Below, in pieces: positions 45,317 through 55,493 of a stretch of DNA of 64,000 bases. Each line of letters begins with the position of its first letter. Positions within the stretch are counted from its first letter, which is position 1. Position numbers and translations under genes: made by a program. The DNA is from Candidatus Hydrogenedentota bacterium (GTDB taxonomy: Bacteria; Hydrogenedentota; Hydrogenedentia; Hydrogenedentales; SLHB01), in the NCBI GenBank assembly GCA_036769985.1, contig DAIPKA010000011.1:44818-108817 (forward strand). The letters are read 5' to 3'. Under the pieces are notes generated by a model. The model had not been told where the DNA came from. It was given only the letters and a program-made list of their open reading frames with translations, and did not search any database.

Positions 45317-46441
45317 ATGCGAATCGGCTTCGACATCAGCCCCATTGCGCCCGGCCGCACAGGGATAGGCCAGTTCTGCTATTACCTTCTCAAAGGACTG
45401 ATGGATCTCGAGTCCGGCGATGAATTCTTCGGTTTCTCCTCCGGACGTTCGCGACCCGATCTCTCGGACCTGCGCCCGCACGTCTCGGGTTACCATATGC
45501 CCGTGCCCACGCGTGTGCTCTACCGCGTGTGGAGTGCCGTCGGTCGCCCGCGCGTTGACCGTTGGCTGGGCGGCGTCGACGTGTACCACGCGACGAACTT
45601 CTTTCTGCCGCCCACCGCATCCGCCCCCCGAGTACTGTCCCTATACGACCTATCGTTCCTGGTGCGCCCCGCGCTGTGCAGCCCGAAGATCGTCGGCCCC
45701 TTCTCGCGCGGTGTGCCCCGTTTCGCCCAAGCGGCCGACGCCATCGCGGCCTGTTCGGAAGCGACCAAGCGCGACATCGTCGAGCGCCTCGGCATTGCCC
45801 CCGACAAGGTGACGGTGACCTATGGCGCGGTGGCCGACGGGTTTGGGCCTCTGGATCCTGAGCAGGTGCGGGGCGCGGTGACAGCGCGCTACGGACTCGA
45901 GGCGCCTTTCCTTCTCTTTGTCGGCACCCTCGAGCCGCGCAAGAATGTCGTGGGGCTGTTGAAGGCTTTCGCCGCCGTGTCCCATCGGATTCCCCACACG
46001 CTGGCGCTGGTTGGTCCTTCGGGATGGGGCACCGGGCCCATCATGAAAGCCCTGCGGCCGCTCGAAGCGCAAGGGCGGGTTGTGCGCATTGGCTACCTTC
46101 GAGGCCATGAGGAGTTGGCATGGCTCTATGCGGCTGCCCGTGCTTTCGTGTTCCCGTCCTTCTACGAAGGCTTCGGCCTGCCCGTGCTCGAGGCGCTCAC
46201 CTGCGGATGCCCCGTGGTCACATCCAAGGTTTCCTCGCTGCCGGAAGTTGCCGGCGATGCGGCCGTGTATGTGGATCCTGAGGACGTCGACAGCATCGCC
46301 GATGGCATCCTTCGGATAGCGGAGGACGATGGATTGCGGCAATCGCTGAGTGAGAGGGGTCTCGTTCAGGCGCGGCAATTCTCGTGGCGTCGGTGCGCGG
46401 AGACCACGATGGGCATCTACCGGAGGGTGGCGCGGTGCTAG
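45317..46441 (+). CDS. glycosyltransferase family 4 (GT-B, Glycos_transf_1)
   Basis: The C-terminal GT4 core is LLFVGTLEPRKNVVGLLKAF...VFPSFYEGFGLPVLEALTCGCPVVTS, which includes an EX7E-like motif. The start was chosen at MRIGFDISPI. Confidence 0.8.
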   Translation: MRIGFDISPIAPGRTGIGQFCYYLLKGLMDLESGDEFFGFSSGRSRPDLSDLRPHVSGYHMPVPTRVLYRVWSAVGRPRVDRWLGGVDVYHATNFFLPPTASAPRVLSLYDLSFLVRPALCSPKIVGPFSRGVPRFAQAADAIAACSEATKRDIVERLGIAPDKVTVTYGAVADGFGPLDPEQVRGAVTARYGLEAPFLLFVGTLEPRKNVVGLLKAFAAVSHRIPHTLALVGPSGWGTGPIMKALRPLEAQGRVVRIGYLRGHEELAWLYAAARAFVFPSFYEGFGLPVLEALTCGCPVVTSKVSSLPEVAGDAAVYVDPEDVDSIADGILRIAEDDGLRQSLSERGLVQARQFSWRRCAETTMGIYRRVARC

Positions 46442-47547
46442 TGCTTCTCGACGGATTGCAGGCCGGCAATCGTAGCGGAACCGGACGGTACACCACAGAA
46501 CTCGCGCGTCGGTTGCCTCACGTCGCGGGCGATCTCGACCTGAGAATTCTCTGGCCCGACACGCAGCCGTGTCCCGACATCGGCCCGGCGAGCGAGGGCG
46601 TGTTCATGCGGTGTGCGGCGGGTACGCCGGCGCGGCGGCTCTACACGGAGCACATCGGCATACGAGCCCTTCAACGGGAACTGCGCGCGGACCTTGTTCA
46701 CTTTCCAGCGTCCGTTGCGGGCCTTCTCGCCGCCCGTGGCTCGATTGTCACCGTGCATGACGTGAGTTTCCTGCGCCATGCCGAGTGGTTCCGCCCGGGA
46801 CGCGCCGCCTACTACCGCCTCGCCGTTCGTCGCAGCGTGGGGCTCGCGTCGCGCGTGATAGCCGATTCCGAGGCCACGGCGCGCGATCTCATGGAGCTGG
46901 CAGGTGTCTCGCGAGACCGAATAGACGTGGTCCCTCTGGGCGTGGACGCGGCCTATCGACCGGCCGATTTGGCGGAGTGCGATCGCGTCCGCGCTCGGTA
47001 CGCATTGCCGGCCCGGTTCTTCTTGTATGTAGGCACCATCGAGCCCCGCAAGAACTTGGCGCGTCTCGTCGACGCCTGGTCGCGGATCGCCGAGTCCTGC
47101 GACGCCGACTTGGTGTTGGCGGGGCGCGAGGGATGGCGCATGGCGGCCCTGCGCGAAGCGATGGCCCGCAGCCCACGCCGCAACCGGATCCATCTTCCCG
47201 GTTTCGTGCGTCATGAAGACCTGCCCGGCATGTTGGGCGCGGCCCAGATCTTCGTCTGGCCGAGTCTGTACGAAGGATTCGGCTTGCCGCCCCTCGAAGC
47301 GATGGCTTGCGGCGTTCCCGTAATCACCTCCAACACATCGAGCCTGCCCGAGGTGGTTGCCGATGCGGCCATCACGGTGGATCCCTACGATGTCGAGGCC
47401 CTGGCGCAGGCCATGGCACAGTTGGCCCAGGACAGGGCGATGCGCGATACTCTCCGTCAGCGGGGCCTGCAACGCGCGGCCTTGTTCTCCTGGTGCCGGA
47501 CAGCCGAGTTGACGGTGGATGCCTACCGCAAGGCATGCCCGGTGTGA
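46435..47547 (+). CDS. glycosyltransferase family 4
   Basis: [20 protein letters not shown]...[30 protein letters not shown] start overlaps the upstream TAG. The ORF-track ATG at 46384 lies inside the upstream gene. Confidence 0.8.
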   Translation: MLVLLDGLQAGNRSGTGRYTTELARRLPHVAGDLDLRILWPDTQPCPDIGPASEGVFMRCAAGTPARRLYTEHIGIRALQRELRADLVHFPASVAGLLAARGSIVTVHDVSFLRHAEWFRPGRAAYYRLAVRRSVGLASRVIADSEATARDLMELAGVSRDRIDVVPLGVDAAYRPADLAECDRVRARYALPARFFLYVGTIEPRKNLARLVDAWSRIAESCDADLVLAGREGWRMAALREAMARSPRRNRIHLPGFVRHEDLPGMLGAAQIFVWPSLYEGFGLPPLEAMACGVPVITSNTSSLPEVVADAAITVDPYDVEALAQAMAQLAQDRAMRDTLRQRGLQRAALFSWCRTAELTVDAYRKACPV

Positions 47548-47566
47548 CACCCGACCGAGGTGACGA

Positions 47567-48664
47567 TTGAAGATCCTGCACGTGTACAAGGATTTCGACC
47601 CGCCGGTGCACGGCGGCATGGAGCGGCACATGGCGCTCATGTGTCGCTTCCAGCGGCAGTGGGCCCACGTCGAGGCGCTGACGTGCAGCCGCTCGCTGGG
47701 CACCCGCGTCACGGAGCGGGACGGCACCCGCGTCACGGAAGTCGGCGAGTTTGGGCGATTCCAGAGCGCACCGGTGTCGCCCCTATTCCCGTGGTACATG
47801 CGCCAAGTGAAGGCGGATGTCGTGGTCGTTCATGCCCCCAATCCTACGGCCGAGATCGGGTGGCTCATGGCGCGTCCCTCCGGGCGACTGATCGTGCGCT
47901 ACCAGAGCGATGTGGTCCGTCAGGCCACGGCGATGAAAGTGTACGCGCCGCTCCAAATGACATTCCTCCGGAAAGCTGCTATGATTCTCCCATCATCTCA
48001 GCAGTATCTCGATACGTCCCCGAGCCTCCAGCGCGTGCGAGATCGATGTCGCGTGATTCCACTCGGGATTCTTCCCAAGGAATTCGCCCTCCGAGATCCG
48101 GCGCGCGTTGAGGCGCTTCGAGCGGCGTACGGGGGTGGGTTTGTCTTGTTTTCCGGACGGCATCGCTACTATAAGGGTCTCGAGTTTCTTGTCCGCGCGG
48201 CCCCGCGCATCGAGGCGCCCGTGGTCGTGGCCGGCGCAGGGCCCGAGCGTGCGCGCTGTATGGCCTTGGCGCGCGCATTGAACGTGCGAATCGAGTTCCC
48301 GGGCCCGCTAGATCAGGAGGATCTCGTGGCCCATCTCCATGCGTGCGACGTGTTTGTGTTCCCCTCCGTGGCCCGGAGTGAGGCATTTGGCCTCTCCATG
48401 CTCGAGGCCCAGGCGTGTGGCAAGCCCGTCGTTGCCACGACGCTCGGCACGGGCGTCGAGTTGGTGAATCTACACGGCCAGACCGGTCTCAATGTGCCGC
48501 CGCGGGATCCGGAGGCCTTGGCCGATGCCGTGAATGCCCTGCTAGAGGACGAGGCACGGCGCGATGCGATGGGACGGTTCGCCCGGGCGCGCGTGGAGGG
48601 CGAGTTCCACGCCGAGCGGATCGCGCGCGCCGAGTTCGACGCATACCAGGAAGTGCTTGGATGA
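47567..48664 (+). CDS. glycosyltransferase family 4
   Basis: MKILHVYKDFDPPVHGGMERH, then VLFSGRHRYYKGLEFLVRA...VFPSVARSEAFGLSMLEAQACGKPVVAT. It contains an in-frame 8-aa tandem duplication (RDGTRVTE twice). Confidence 0.8.
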   Translation: MKILHVYKDFDPPVHGGMERHMALMCRFQRQWAHVEALTCSRSLGTRVTERDGTRVTEVGEFGRFQSAPVSPLFPWYMRQVKADVVVVHAPNPTAEIGWLMARPSGRLIVRYQSDVVRQATAMKVYAPLQMTFLRKAAMILPSSQQYLDTSPSLQRVRDRCRVIPLGILPKEFALRDPARVEALRAAYGGGFVLFSGRHRYYKGLEFLVRAAPRIEAPVVVAGAGPERARCMALARALNVRIEFPGPLDQEDLVAHLHACDVFVFPSVARSEAFGLSMLEAQACGKPVVATTLGTGVELVNLHGQTGLNVPPRDPEALADAVNALLEDEARRDAMGRFARARVEGEFHAERIARAEFDAYQEVLG

Positions 48665-49767
48665 GTACGCAACAGAATTGGTATCTCATTTTCGCCTACG
48701 CGCTCGGCGTGTCCTTTCTGGTATCGATTATCCTGACGGACCTGATCCGGCGTCTGGCCATCCGGTGGGACGTGCTCGACTATCCCGGCGAGCGCAAGGT
48801 GCACCAGGCGCCCATGCCGCTCATGGGCGGCGTGGCCATTGTCCTGACCTTCTACGCCGTCATCATTGTCCACTTGCTGGGCCTTCTGTCGGCGCAACGA
48901 CTGGGCGATGACTGGCTCAATGAGAACATCCTGTCGTTCCTGGGCACTCACGTGTGGCTCAAACTGGCGGGCATATTCCTTGGCGGCGCGGTCATCTTCG
49001 TGTTGGGCCTGGTCGACGACCTCAAGGCGCTCAAGCCGGAGATCAAACTGGCCGGCCAGATCTTGGCCGCGCTCATCTTGGTGTTGAGCGGGATCCGCGT
49101 GGATCTCTTCATTCCCAACGAATGGATCTCGATGCTCGTCACCCTGGGCTGGGTGGTGATGATGACCAACGCCATGAATCTGCTCGACAATATGGACGGG
49201 CTGAGTGGCGGCGTGGCCGTGATCTCCGCGTTCTCCTTTTTTCTATGCATATGGCCACATGGCGACGCCTTCGTGTGCGTGTTGCTGATGGTATTCGCCG
49301 GCTCGGTGGCCGGATTCCTGTACCACAACCTTAATCCCGCCCGGATCTTCATGGGCGACGCGGGGGCCATGTTCTGCGGCTATGTACTGTCTACCGTGGC
49401 CGTGCTTGGCACATTCCATACGGAGGCCACGCCGTCACGCGCCGCCGTGGCCGCGCCGATCCTTGCGCTGGCAGTGCCCATCTTCGACACGCTGAGCGTC
49501 ATCTTCATCCGTTGGCGCCGAGGCGAGTCCATCATGAAGGGGGACAAGCGCCACTTCTCGCACCGGCTGGTCGACCTGGGCATGTCGGCGCGACAAGCGG
49601 TCGAGTTCATCCTGCTGGTGGCCGTCGTCACGGGGCTAGGCGGCGCGTTGTTGCCGCAAGTCGGGCCGACCGGCACGGCGATCATCTTGGCGCAGACTGC
49701 CGGGGTGTTCCTACTGATTGTCTTGCTCATGAACGCCGGAAAACGATCGGGAGAACCGAAAGAATGA
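48661..49767 (+). CDS. polyprenyl-phosphate N-acetylhexosamine-1-phosphate transferase (WecA/WbpL/MraY family, PNPT)
   Basis: There are ten or more TM helices. The conserved cytoplasmic loops are MTNAMNLLDNMDGLSGG (an NxxNxxDGxDGL-type motif) and HHNLNPARIFMGDAGAM. The ATG overlaps the upstream stop (ATGA). Confidence 0.8.
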   Translation: MSTQQNWYLIFAYALGVSFLVSIILTDLIRRLAIRWDVLDYPGERKVHQAPMPLMGGVAIVLTFYAVIIVHLLGLLSAQRLGDDWLNENILSFLGTHVWLKLAGIFLGGAVIFVLGLVDDLKALKPEIKLAGQILAALILVLSGIRVDLFIPNEWISMLVTLGWVVMMTNAMNLLDNMDGLSGGVAVISAFSFFLCIWPHGDAFVCVLLMVFAGSVAGFLYHNLNPARIFMGDAGAMFCGYVLSTVAVLGTFHTEATPSRAAVAAPILALAVPIFDTLSVIFIRWRRGESIMKGDKRHFSHRLVDLGMSARQAVEFILLVAVVTGLGGALLPQVGPTGTAIILAQTAGVFLLIVLLMNAGKRSGEPKE

Positions 49768-52424
49768 CTAACAAGCCACATGCTGCGAAACCGGTGTCCG
49801 TCCGAGTGGAGAGCGCGGAGCCGATGCCTCTGTGGCAACGCATCCTACGAGAGCCGGTGGCCCTGTGTCTGACGGTGCCCGTGGTGCTCAGGCCGTGGCT
49901 GGACGGCATCACCTATCCGACGGATAACTTCTACTTCGTCTGGTACCTCACGGCGCTGTTCGCCGTGTGGGCGGTGCAGTTGCTCCTGCGCGGCGGGCGG
50001 TTACGGGCCGGCGCCTTCGTCGCAATGCTCGCGGCCTTCCTCGCCGTCGCCATCCTGACTGGACTCGGCACCATCCAGGTGAGCACCACCTACCGCATGA
50101 TGCTCCTCTGGGCCAGCTACTTCTTCCTCTTCGTCGTGGTGACGAACGGCATCGAAACCGAGCTGGGCGTGGGTATTGTCCTTGGCGCCGTGGTCGTCAC
50201 CTTTCTGGCAGAAAGCCTTTGGAGCCTATTGCATCTCCGGTATGTGCTCCCCTTCGTCCGCGACATGGTACAGAAGGATCCCCGCCTGCTCGTGCAGTAC
50301 TTCGGCACGGAGGAATTGACACCCGAGCTCGCCCATCGCCTCAATTCGAATCGAGCGTTCGGATCGCTCCTGTTCCCGAACGCCCTCGGCGCGTTCTTGG
50401 TCGTTGGGCTTCCCTACGTCGTGGCCGGTTTGTACAGCAGCCTGGTCGCGTTGCGCGACGAGAGCCGCCGGGGCCCGCGGGCCGAAGGATCGGTAGGCCA
50501 AGCCGTGCTGGCGGGCCTGGCGACCTTCGTTGTCGCGGTGGCGACGGCGTTCTTCCTGTTCACCTTCCTCGCCTTCTTCGCCTACGAGGGCGATTCATGG
50601 ACGGAGCATCCCGTGGCCTTCGGCCTCTACGTAATCGTGTTACCGCTGGTCTTGGCCCTGATTCCTCTGCTCGTGGCCCGGTTTCGCGGCCCGCGATTCT
50701 GCGGCCTAGTGGTTCGGGCCGTGGTCTTCTGTGTGTCGTTCGTGCTGGCGCCGCTGGGACTGTGGTTCAGCTATTCACGCGGCGCCATGATGGGCTTGAC
50801 GTTGGCCGGCCTCTTCACGGGCCTCTTGCTGCTCATCGCCCAGGGCCGGCACCGCGCGGCACACGGCGCCGCGAAGAGCGCGGCCGTGGCTTCGGCCCTA
50901 CTCGTTGCCGGACTGCTACTCTCGAATCCGAAGGGATGGGCTCAGGCCGTGGAAGAGAGCGCACAGCCCGCGCCCGTCGAGGTCGGACTGCCGCAGGTGT
51001 CCACAGAACTCCCCACCGAAGACGCTGAGGTCGGTGAGCCGGTCGCGGACAATATCCCTGGCGGCGGCACGCTGGTGATTGAGGGTCGACGTCTTGGCGT
51101 GAGCGACCTGACAAACCTCGGTTCGCTGCGGAACCGGATCTCGTACTGGCGGACGGGCCTGAACATGGCCAAAGCCCACTTCTGGACCGGCGTCGGTCTA
51201 GGCAACTTCCGAGCAGCCTATCCCGTCTACCAACCCCTAGGCGCCATGGACGTCCGGATGGCCCACAACGACTACCTCCAAACCCTATGCGAAACAGGCC
51301 TATTCGGACTCATCGCCCTGCTGGCGTTCTGGGCGTACTTCGCGTTTTGGGGCGCTGCGCGCATCGTGGCCGAGGCCGACGGGCAACGCCGGGCCATCCT
51401 GGCGGGATTGTACGCCGGGGCGCTGGCCTTCCTGATCCATTCCGGCGTCGATTTCAACTTTTACAATCCATCCCTGGTCTTCTATCTCTACCTGCTGGCA
51501 GCTTTGTTCTACGTGATGGTCTCGCCGCGCCCCGAGCCGAGGCCCGGACGCCTGAGCCACCAACTGCTGGCCGTGCCGTTTCTCGTGGCGGCGGCACTCG
51601 CGGCAGGCATGGCCCTGCGCGTGTTCTTGCCGGACTACATCCTGGGGGGACGCCAGATCGTGAATGTGGGCGACGACAAGGCCCGTATGATGAAATACCG
51701 CGTGGGTGAGTTCTTCCTGAAGGATGTCCGGGATAGCCAGACCTCCGGCAAGCCCGCGGCTGAGGCGATCGATGCCTTGGCCAATCTCATTCCGCTGCGC
51801 AGCCAGCTCGAGTCCTTCGGCCAGATCTGGGTACCATCGAGCGTCCCGGGCGGCCGCAATCGGCGCATTGCCTCCGGGGAACCCGTGCCGCCGGGCGCGT
51901 TCCTCGTCGTGACGCAGCCGACGCTCGCGCGCCAGGTGGCGGTGCAGGCCATCACACGCTGGCTCCAGGCCATCAAAGAGGCCGACGGCATCTTCCCGTA
52001 CGATCCCGAGACGGCTGCGCACCTTGTGGCGTGGTACGATCTGTTGCTCACCACAACCGACGATCCCGAAGAGAAACGCGAGTACACTCTGGCCTACCTC
52101 GAATGGGCCGCCGAAGGCGTCAAGCGAAGTCCCATGCAGGCCTGGCATCACCAATGGTACGCGAAAGGTTTGTGGCTGCGAGCCAATCTCGAGCATGGCG
52201 CCGCGAAGGACGAGTTCCTTCGTCAGGGGCTGGACGAGTTTCGCCGGGCCACGGAGCTCTATCCCACATCGCCGTCCTCGATGTGGGAATATGGCGACGC
52301 GCTCGGCAAGTTTGGCAACTACCTCATCAAGACCGATCGCGAGGCGGAGGGCCGCGAGTTCATCCGGCAGAGCGAAGAGGCGCTAGCACGAAGCAAGGAA
52401 CTCGCAGACTACCGGCCGGCGTAG
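49764..52424 (+). CDS. O-antigen ligase / Wzy_C family polytopic membrane protein with ~450-aa C-terminal soluble (TPR-like) domain
   Basis: It is 886 aa. There are ~12 TM helices and a large periplasmic loop carrying MAHNDYLQTLCETGLFGL (the WaaL/PglL/Wzy_C signature H..Y). A long helical-repeat C-terminal region follows. Confidence 0.7.
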   Translation: MTNKPHAAKPVSVRVESAEPMPLWQRILREPVALCLTVPVVLRPWLDGITYPTDNFYFVWYLTALFAVWAVQLLLRGGRLRAGAFVAMLAAFLAVAILTGLGTIQVSTTYRMMLLWASYFFLFVVVTNGIETELGVGIVLGAVVVTFLAESLWSLLHLRYVLPFVRDMVQKDPRLLVQYFGTEELTPELAHRLNSNRAFGSLLFPNALGAFLVVGLPYVVAGLYSSLVALRDESRRGPRAEGSVGQAVLAGLATFVVAVATAFFLFTFLAFFAYEGDSWTEHPVAFGLYVIVLPLVLALIPLLVARFRGPRFCGLVVRAVVFCVSFVLAPLGLWFSYSRGAMMGLTLAGLFTGLLLLIAQGRHRAAHGAAKSAAVASALLVAGLLLSNPKGWAQAVEESAQPAPVEVGLPQVSTELPTEDAEVGEPVADNIPGGGTLVIEGRRLGVSDLTNLGSLRNRISYWRTGLNMAKAHFWTGVGLGNFRAAYPVYQPLGAMDVRMAHNDYLQTLCETGLFGLIALLAFWAYFAFWGAARIVAEADGQRRAILAGLYAGALAFLIHSGVDFNFYNPSLVFYLYLLAALFYVMVSPRPEPRPGRLSHQLLAVPFLVAAALAAGMALRVFLPDYILGGRQIVNVGDDKARMMKYRVGEFFLKDVRDSQTSGKPAAEAIDALANLIPLRSQLESFGQIWVPSSVPGGRNRRIASGEPVPPGAFLVVTQPTLARQVAVQAITRWLQAIKEADGIFPYDPETAAHLVAWYDLLLTTTDDPEEKREYTLAYLEWAAEGVKRSPMQAWHHQWYAKGLWLRANLEHGAAKDEFLRQGLDEFRRATELYPTSPSSMWEYGDALGKFGNYLIKTDREAEGREFIRQSEEALARSKELADYRPA

Positions 52425-52466
52425 GCGCACGAGATGGAAGGACTCGGTCACACGGAGAAACGGAAC

Positions 52467-52898
52467 ATGAATATACTCGTCTTACACGGTCCCAATCTGA
52501 ACCTGCTGGGCACGCGCGAGCCCGAAATTTACGGCCGCATGAGCCTCGCCGACATCAACGCGATGCTGGCCGAGGAGGCCGGACGCCTCGGTATCGAACT
52601 GAAGGCCATCCAGTCCAACAGCGAGGGCGCCCTCGTTACCGCCATCCACGAGGCGGCCGAGTGGGCCGACGCGATCATTATCAACGCGGCGGCCTACACC
52701 CACACCAGTGTGGCGCTCCGCGATGCCATCGCCGCGGTCGGGGTCCCCACCATCGAGGTGCACCTTTCCAACGTCCACGCCCGCGAGGAATTCCGCAGCC
52801 ACTCGTACATGGCGCCGGTCGTGCTCGGCCAGATCGCGGGATTCGGTGCGGACAGTTACTGGTTGGCCCTGCAGGCCGCCGCCCGGCTCAAGCGCTAG
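52467..52898 (+). CDS. aroQ: 3-dehydroquinate dehydratase, type II
   Basis: [23 protein letters not shown]...[28 protein letters not shown]. The ORF track extends the start to 52434. Confidence 0.85.
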   Translation: MNILVLHGPNLNLLGTREPEIYGRMSLADINAMLAEEAGRLGIELKAIQSNSEGALVTAIHEAAEWADAIIINAAAYTHTSVALRDAIAAVGVPTIEVHLSNVHAREEFRSHSYMAPVVLGQIAGFGADSYWLALQAAARLKR

Positions 52899-52925
52899 GC
52901 CCGGCCCCAAACGAAGGAACCTCCG

Positions 52926-53999
52926 ATGCACGAACGCCTCGAGAGACTACGCGCGCGCATGGCGGCGGCCGAATGCGACGGTTTCGTCAGCTTGTCGCCC
53001 GCGGCCAACCAATACCTTGCCGGGTTCACCGGAACGGCCTCGGTGGTCATCGTCACCGAGGACGAGGCGTTGTTCCTCTGTGACTTTCGATACACCGAGC
53101 AGGCCGCGCATCAGGTGACGGGATTCTCAATCCATCAGGTGACCGAGGCCTCGGAAAGTGAAGCCGGCCGGCGGCTGACGGCGCACGGCGCCCGGCGTGT
53201 CGTGTTTGACCCAACCGCCATGACCGTTGCCGGTTTCGACCACATCGAGGAGACCTTCATCGGCGCGCTCATTCCGGATGCAGACATGGTGGCGTCGCTA
53301 CGGGTCATCAAGTCAGCCGACGAGATCGAACGCATCCGCGCGGCCGTGAAGCTGGCGGAGGCGGTCCTGACCGAAGAGGTCCAGTCATTCAAGGAGGGGT
53401 TGACCGAGCGTGAACTGGCCGCCCGGTTCGAATACGGATTCAAAATGCGCGGCGCGTCCGAAGCGGCCTTCAAGACCATCGCCCTGTTCGGCGCCCACAC
53501 ATCGGTCGTGCACGGTGAGCCCGACGGTCGCCCCCTCGAGAAGGGCCATGCGGTGCTCGTGGACTTCGGCTGTCGCCTCGATGGATACTGTAGCGATTTG
53601 ACTCGAACGTACGTTTACAGTAAAATTCCGGGGGCTTGGTTTGAGGAGGTTTACCACCTTACCCTCGCGGCCCAACAACGCGCCCTTGAATCGATTCGGC
53701 CGGGAATGACGTGCCGAGAGGTCGACGCCGTAGCACGGGATGTGATTCGCGAGGCCGGATACGGCGAGCGGTTCGGCCACGGCCTGGGCCACGGTGTCGG
53801 AATCGATGTCCATGAGCAACCTCGGCTCGGGAGGCAGTCGGATACCGTTCTCCAGGTGGGAATGGTGGTCACGGTCGAGCCCGGCATTTATCTGCCGGGA
53901 CAGGGGGGCGTTCGTATCGAGGATCTCGTGGTGGTCACCGAAAACGGGTGCGAATGCCTGAGCACTGCGCCCAAATCGCTGAGGGTTCTGGAAGGATGA
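52926..53999 (+). CDS. M24-family Xaa-Pro aminopeptidase/dipeptidase
   Basis: Pita-bread fold metal ligands are present: VLVDFGCRLDGYCSDLTRT, HGLGHGVGIDVHEQP and GMVVTVEPGIY. Confidence 0.8.
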   Translation: MHERLERLRARMAAAECDGFVSLSPAANQYLAGFTGTASVVIVTEDEALFLCDFRYTEQAAHQVTGFSIHQVTEASESEAGRRLTAHGARRVVFDPTAMTVAGFDHIEETFIGALIPDADMVASLRVIKSADEIERIRAAVKLAEAVLTEEVQSFKEGLTERELAARFEYGFKMRGASEAAFKTIALFGAHTSVVHGEPDGRPLEKGHAVLVDFGCRLDGYCSDLTRTYVYSKIPGAWFEEVYHLTLAAQQRALESIRPGMTCREVDAVARDVIREAGYGERFGHGLGHGVGIDVHEQPRLGRQSDTVLQVGMVVTVEPGIYLPGQGGVRIEDLVVVTENGCECLSTAPKSLRVLEG

Positions 54000-54559
54000 T
54001 CTCGACAGCCGACTTTCGTAATGGCATGGTTATCGTCTTGGACAACGACCTCTGGGAAATCGTCGATTTCCAGCATGTCAAGCCCGGCAAGGGTGGCGCC
54101 TTCGTGCGCACGAAACTCAAGAACGTGTTGACCGCCCGCGTGCTCGAAAAGACGTTTCGCAGCGGCGAACGTATGGAGGAGGCCCGCATCGAGGAACAGG
54201 TATGGCAGTTCCTCTACAGCGACGGCGACTTCTTCCATTTCATGCATCCCGAGACCTACGAGCAGCTCGAGGTGGGCCAGGCCATTGTCGGCGACGGCGC
54301 CAAGTGGCTCAAAGAGAATGCCACCGCGAAGCTCATCTTCTACCAACACAAAGTCATCCGCTTCGAGCCGGCGATCTTCGTGGAACTGAAAGTGACCCGA
54401 TCCGATCCCGGCATTCAGGGCGATCGGGCGTCCGGTGCAACCAAGCCCGCGACGCTGGAGACCGGCGCCACGATCCAGGTGCCGCTTTTCATTGAAGAAG
54501 GCGATGTGCTGAAAGTTGACACACGCACCAGCGCTTACATCGAGCGCGTCAACCGGTAA
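53996..54559 (+). CDS. efp: translation elongation factor P
   Basis: MISTADFRNGMVIVLDNDLWEIVDFQHVKPGKGGAFVRTKLKN, containing the K34-equivalent loop KPGKGGA. The ATG overlaps the pepP-like stop (ATGA). Confidence 0.9.
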   Translation: MISTADFRNGMVIVLDNDLWEIVDFQHVKPGKGGAFVRTKLKNVLTARVLEKTFRSGERMEEARIEEQVWQFLYSDGDFFHFMHPETYEQLEVGQAIVGDGAKWLKENATAKLIFYQHKVIRFEPAIFVELKVTRSDPGIQGDRASGATKPATLETGATIQVPLFIEEGDVLKVDTRTSAYIERVNR

Positions 54560-54710
54560 CGGCGATTTGCCATTCCTGCGCCGGTGGCGTATCGTGGTGC
54601 AGTGTGGTCTTTTTGTGACGCCGCGAACGGAGCCGGTCGGGCTGCCGGTTTCGAAGGACGTGCGGCTTGACTCGAGGCCCGAGGGAAACTGTCCAAGAAG
54701 GTAGGCGCCC

Positions 54711-55424
54711 ATGAAAGTCCTGAACCTGCTTCTCTCGAAACTGTTGAGCCTGGTGGTGCTGTGCAGCGGTGTCGCGCTTATTGTGCTATGGGTGCGTGAA
54801 GATCAACTGCCCTTTGTGGTGTCGATCATCTCGGATGCCGTGCGTCAGAACATCGCGCTGCTCCTGCTAGGCGTGGGCGGTCTCCTCACGCTGCTCGGGC
54901 TCCTCGGCATCCTCCCTCGGCGGCTCAAAGACGGGCAGGTCAAGACCATCTCGTATCCCGGAACGTGCGGCGATGTTATCATCGAGCTTGATAGCGTCGA
55001 GGCAAACCTGAATCGCGTGATTGGTAAGATGGCCGAGGTGAAGTGGATCTCGGTCAGTGTCTTCCCGGATGAGGATCACAGCAAGGCACGGATCTCCGCC
55101 GACATCAAGCTGGTCAAGAAGGCCGACGAAACCGCCCGCGAGGCCGCCAACCGCGTGTCCGACTGCCTGTCCGAAACGGCCGCCAACTTGCTCGGCGTCG
55201 AGGATGTTACCCGGGTCGACCTGATCGTCAAGGGCATCAGCGTGATGGGTTCGTCGGCGAAGCCGGCAGGGGCAAATGCCGATGAAGCCGGGAAGCGTTC
55301 CGATTCCTCCGACGAGAAGGATCCTGGAAGAGACGGCGGCACCTCCCTCCAAAGCCCATGGGGAGGCGCCCGGTCACACGGCGAGTCTGAAGGCGAAACC
55401 GAGGAGAGACGGGACGACGTGTGA
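54711..55424 (+). CDS. hypothetical membrane protein (possible Asp23/Gls24-like domain with N-terminal double TM anchor)
   Basis: There are two N-terminal TM helices. An Asp23-like stretch follows (VIIELDSVEANLNRVIGKMAEVKWISVSV...VEDVTRVDLIVKGISV). The C-terminal tail is acidic and Ser-rich. Confidence 0.35.
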   Translation: MKVLNLLLSKLLSLVVLCSGVALIVLWVREDQLPFVVSIISDAVRQNIALLLLGVGGLLTLLGLLGILPRRLKDGQVKTISYPGTCGDVIIELDSVEANLNRVIGKMAEVKWISVSVFPDEDHSKARISADIKLVKKADETAREAANRVSDCLSETAANLLGVEDVTRVDLIVKGISVMGSSAKPAGANADEAGKRSDSSDEKDPGRDGGTSLQSPWGGARSHGESEGETEERRDDV

Positions 55425-55493
55425 TCGGCCGAAGCGCACCGATGCCTTGAGGTCGCCGGGCCAACGTTCGTCGATTTCCATCAACACAGAGCT

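Noticed and set aside
47701-47745. A tandem direct repeat (gcgtcacggag... twice) in the third GT4 gene
   Set aside because: It is an in-frame duplication encoding RDGTRVTE twice within a coding sequence. It is not a CRISPR or regulatory repeat.
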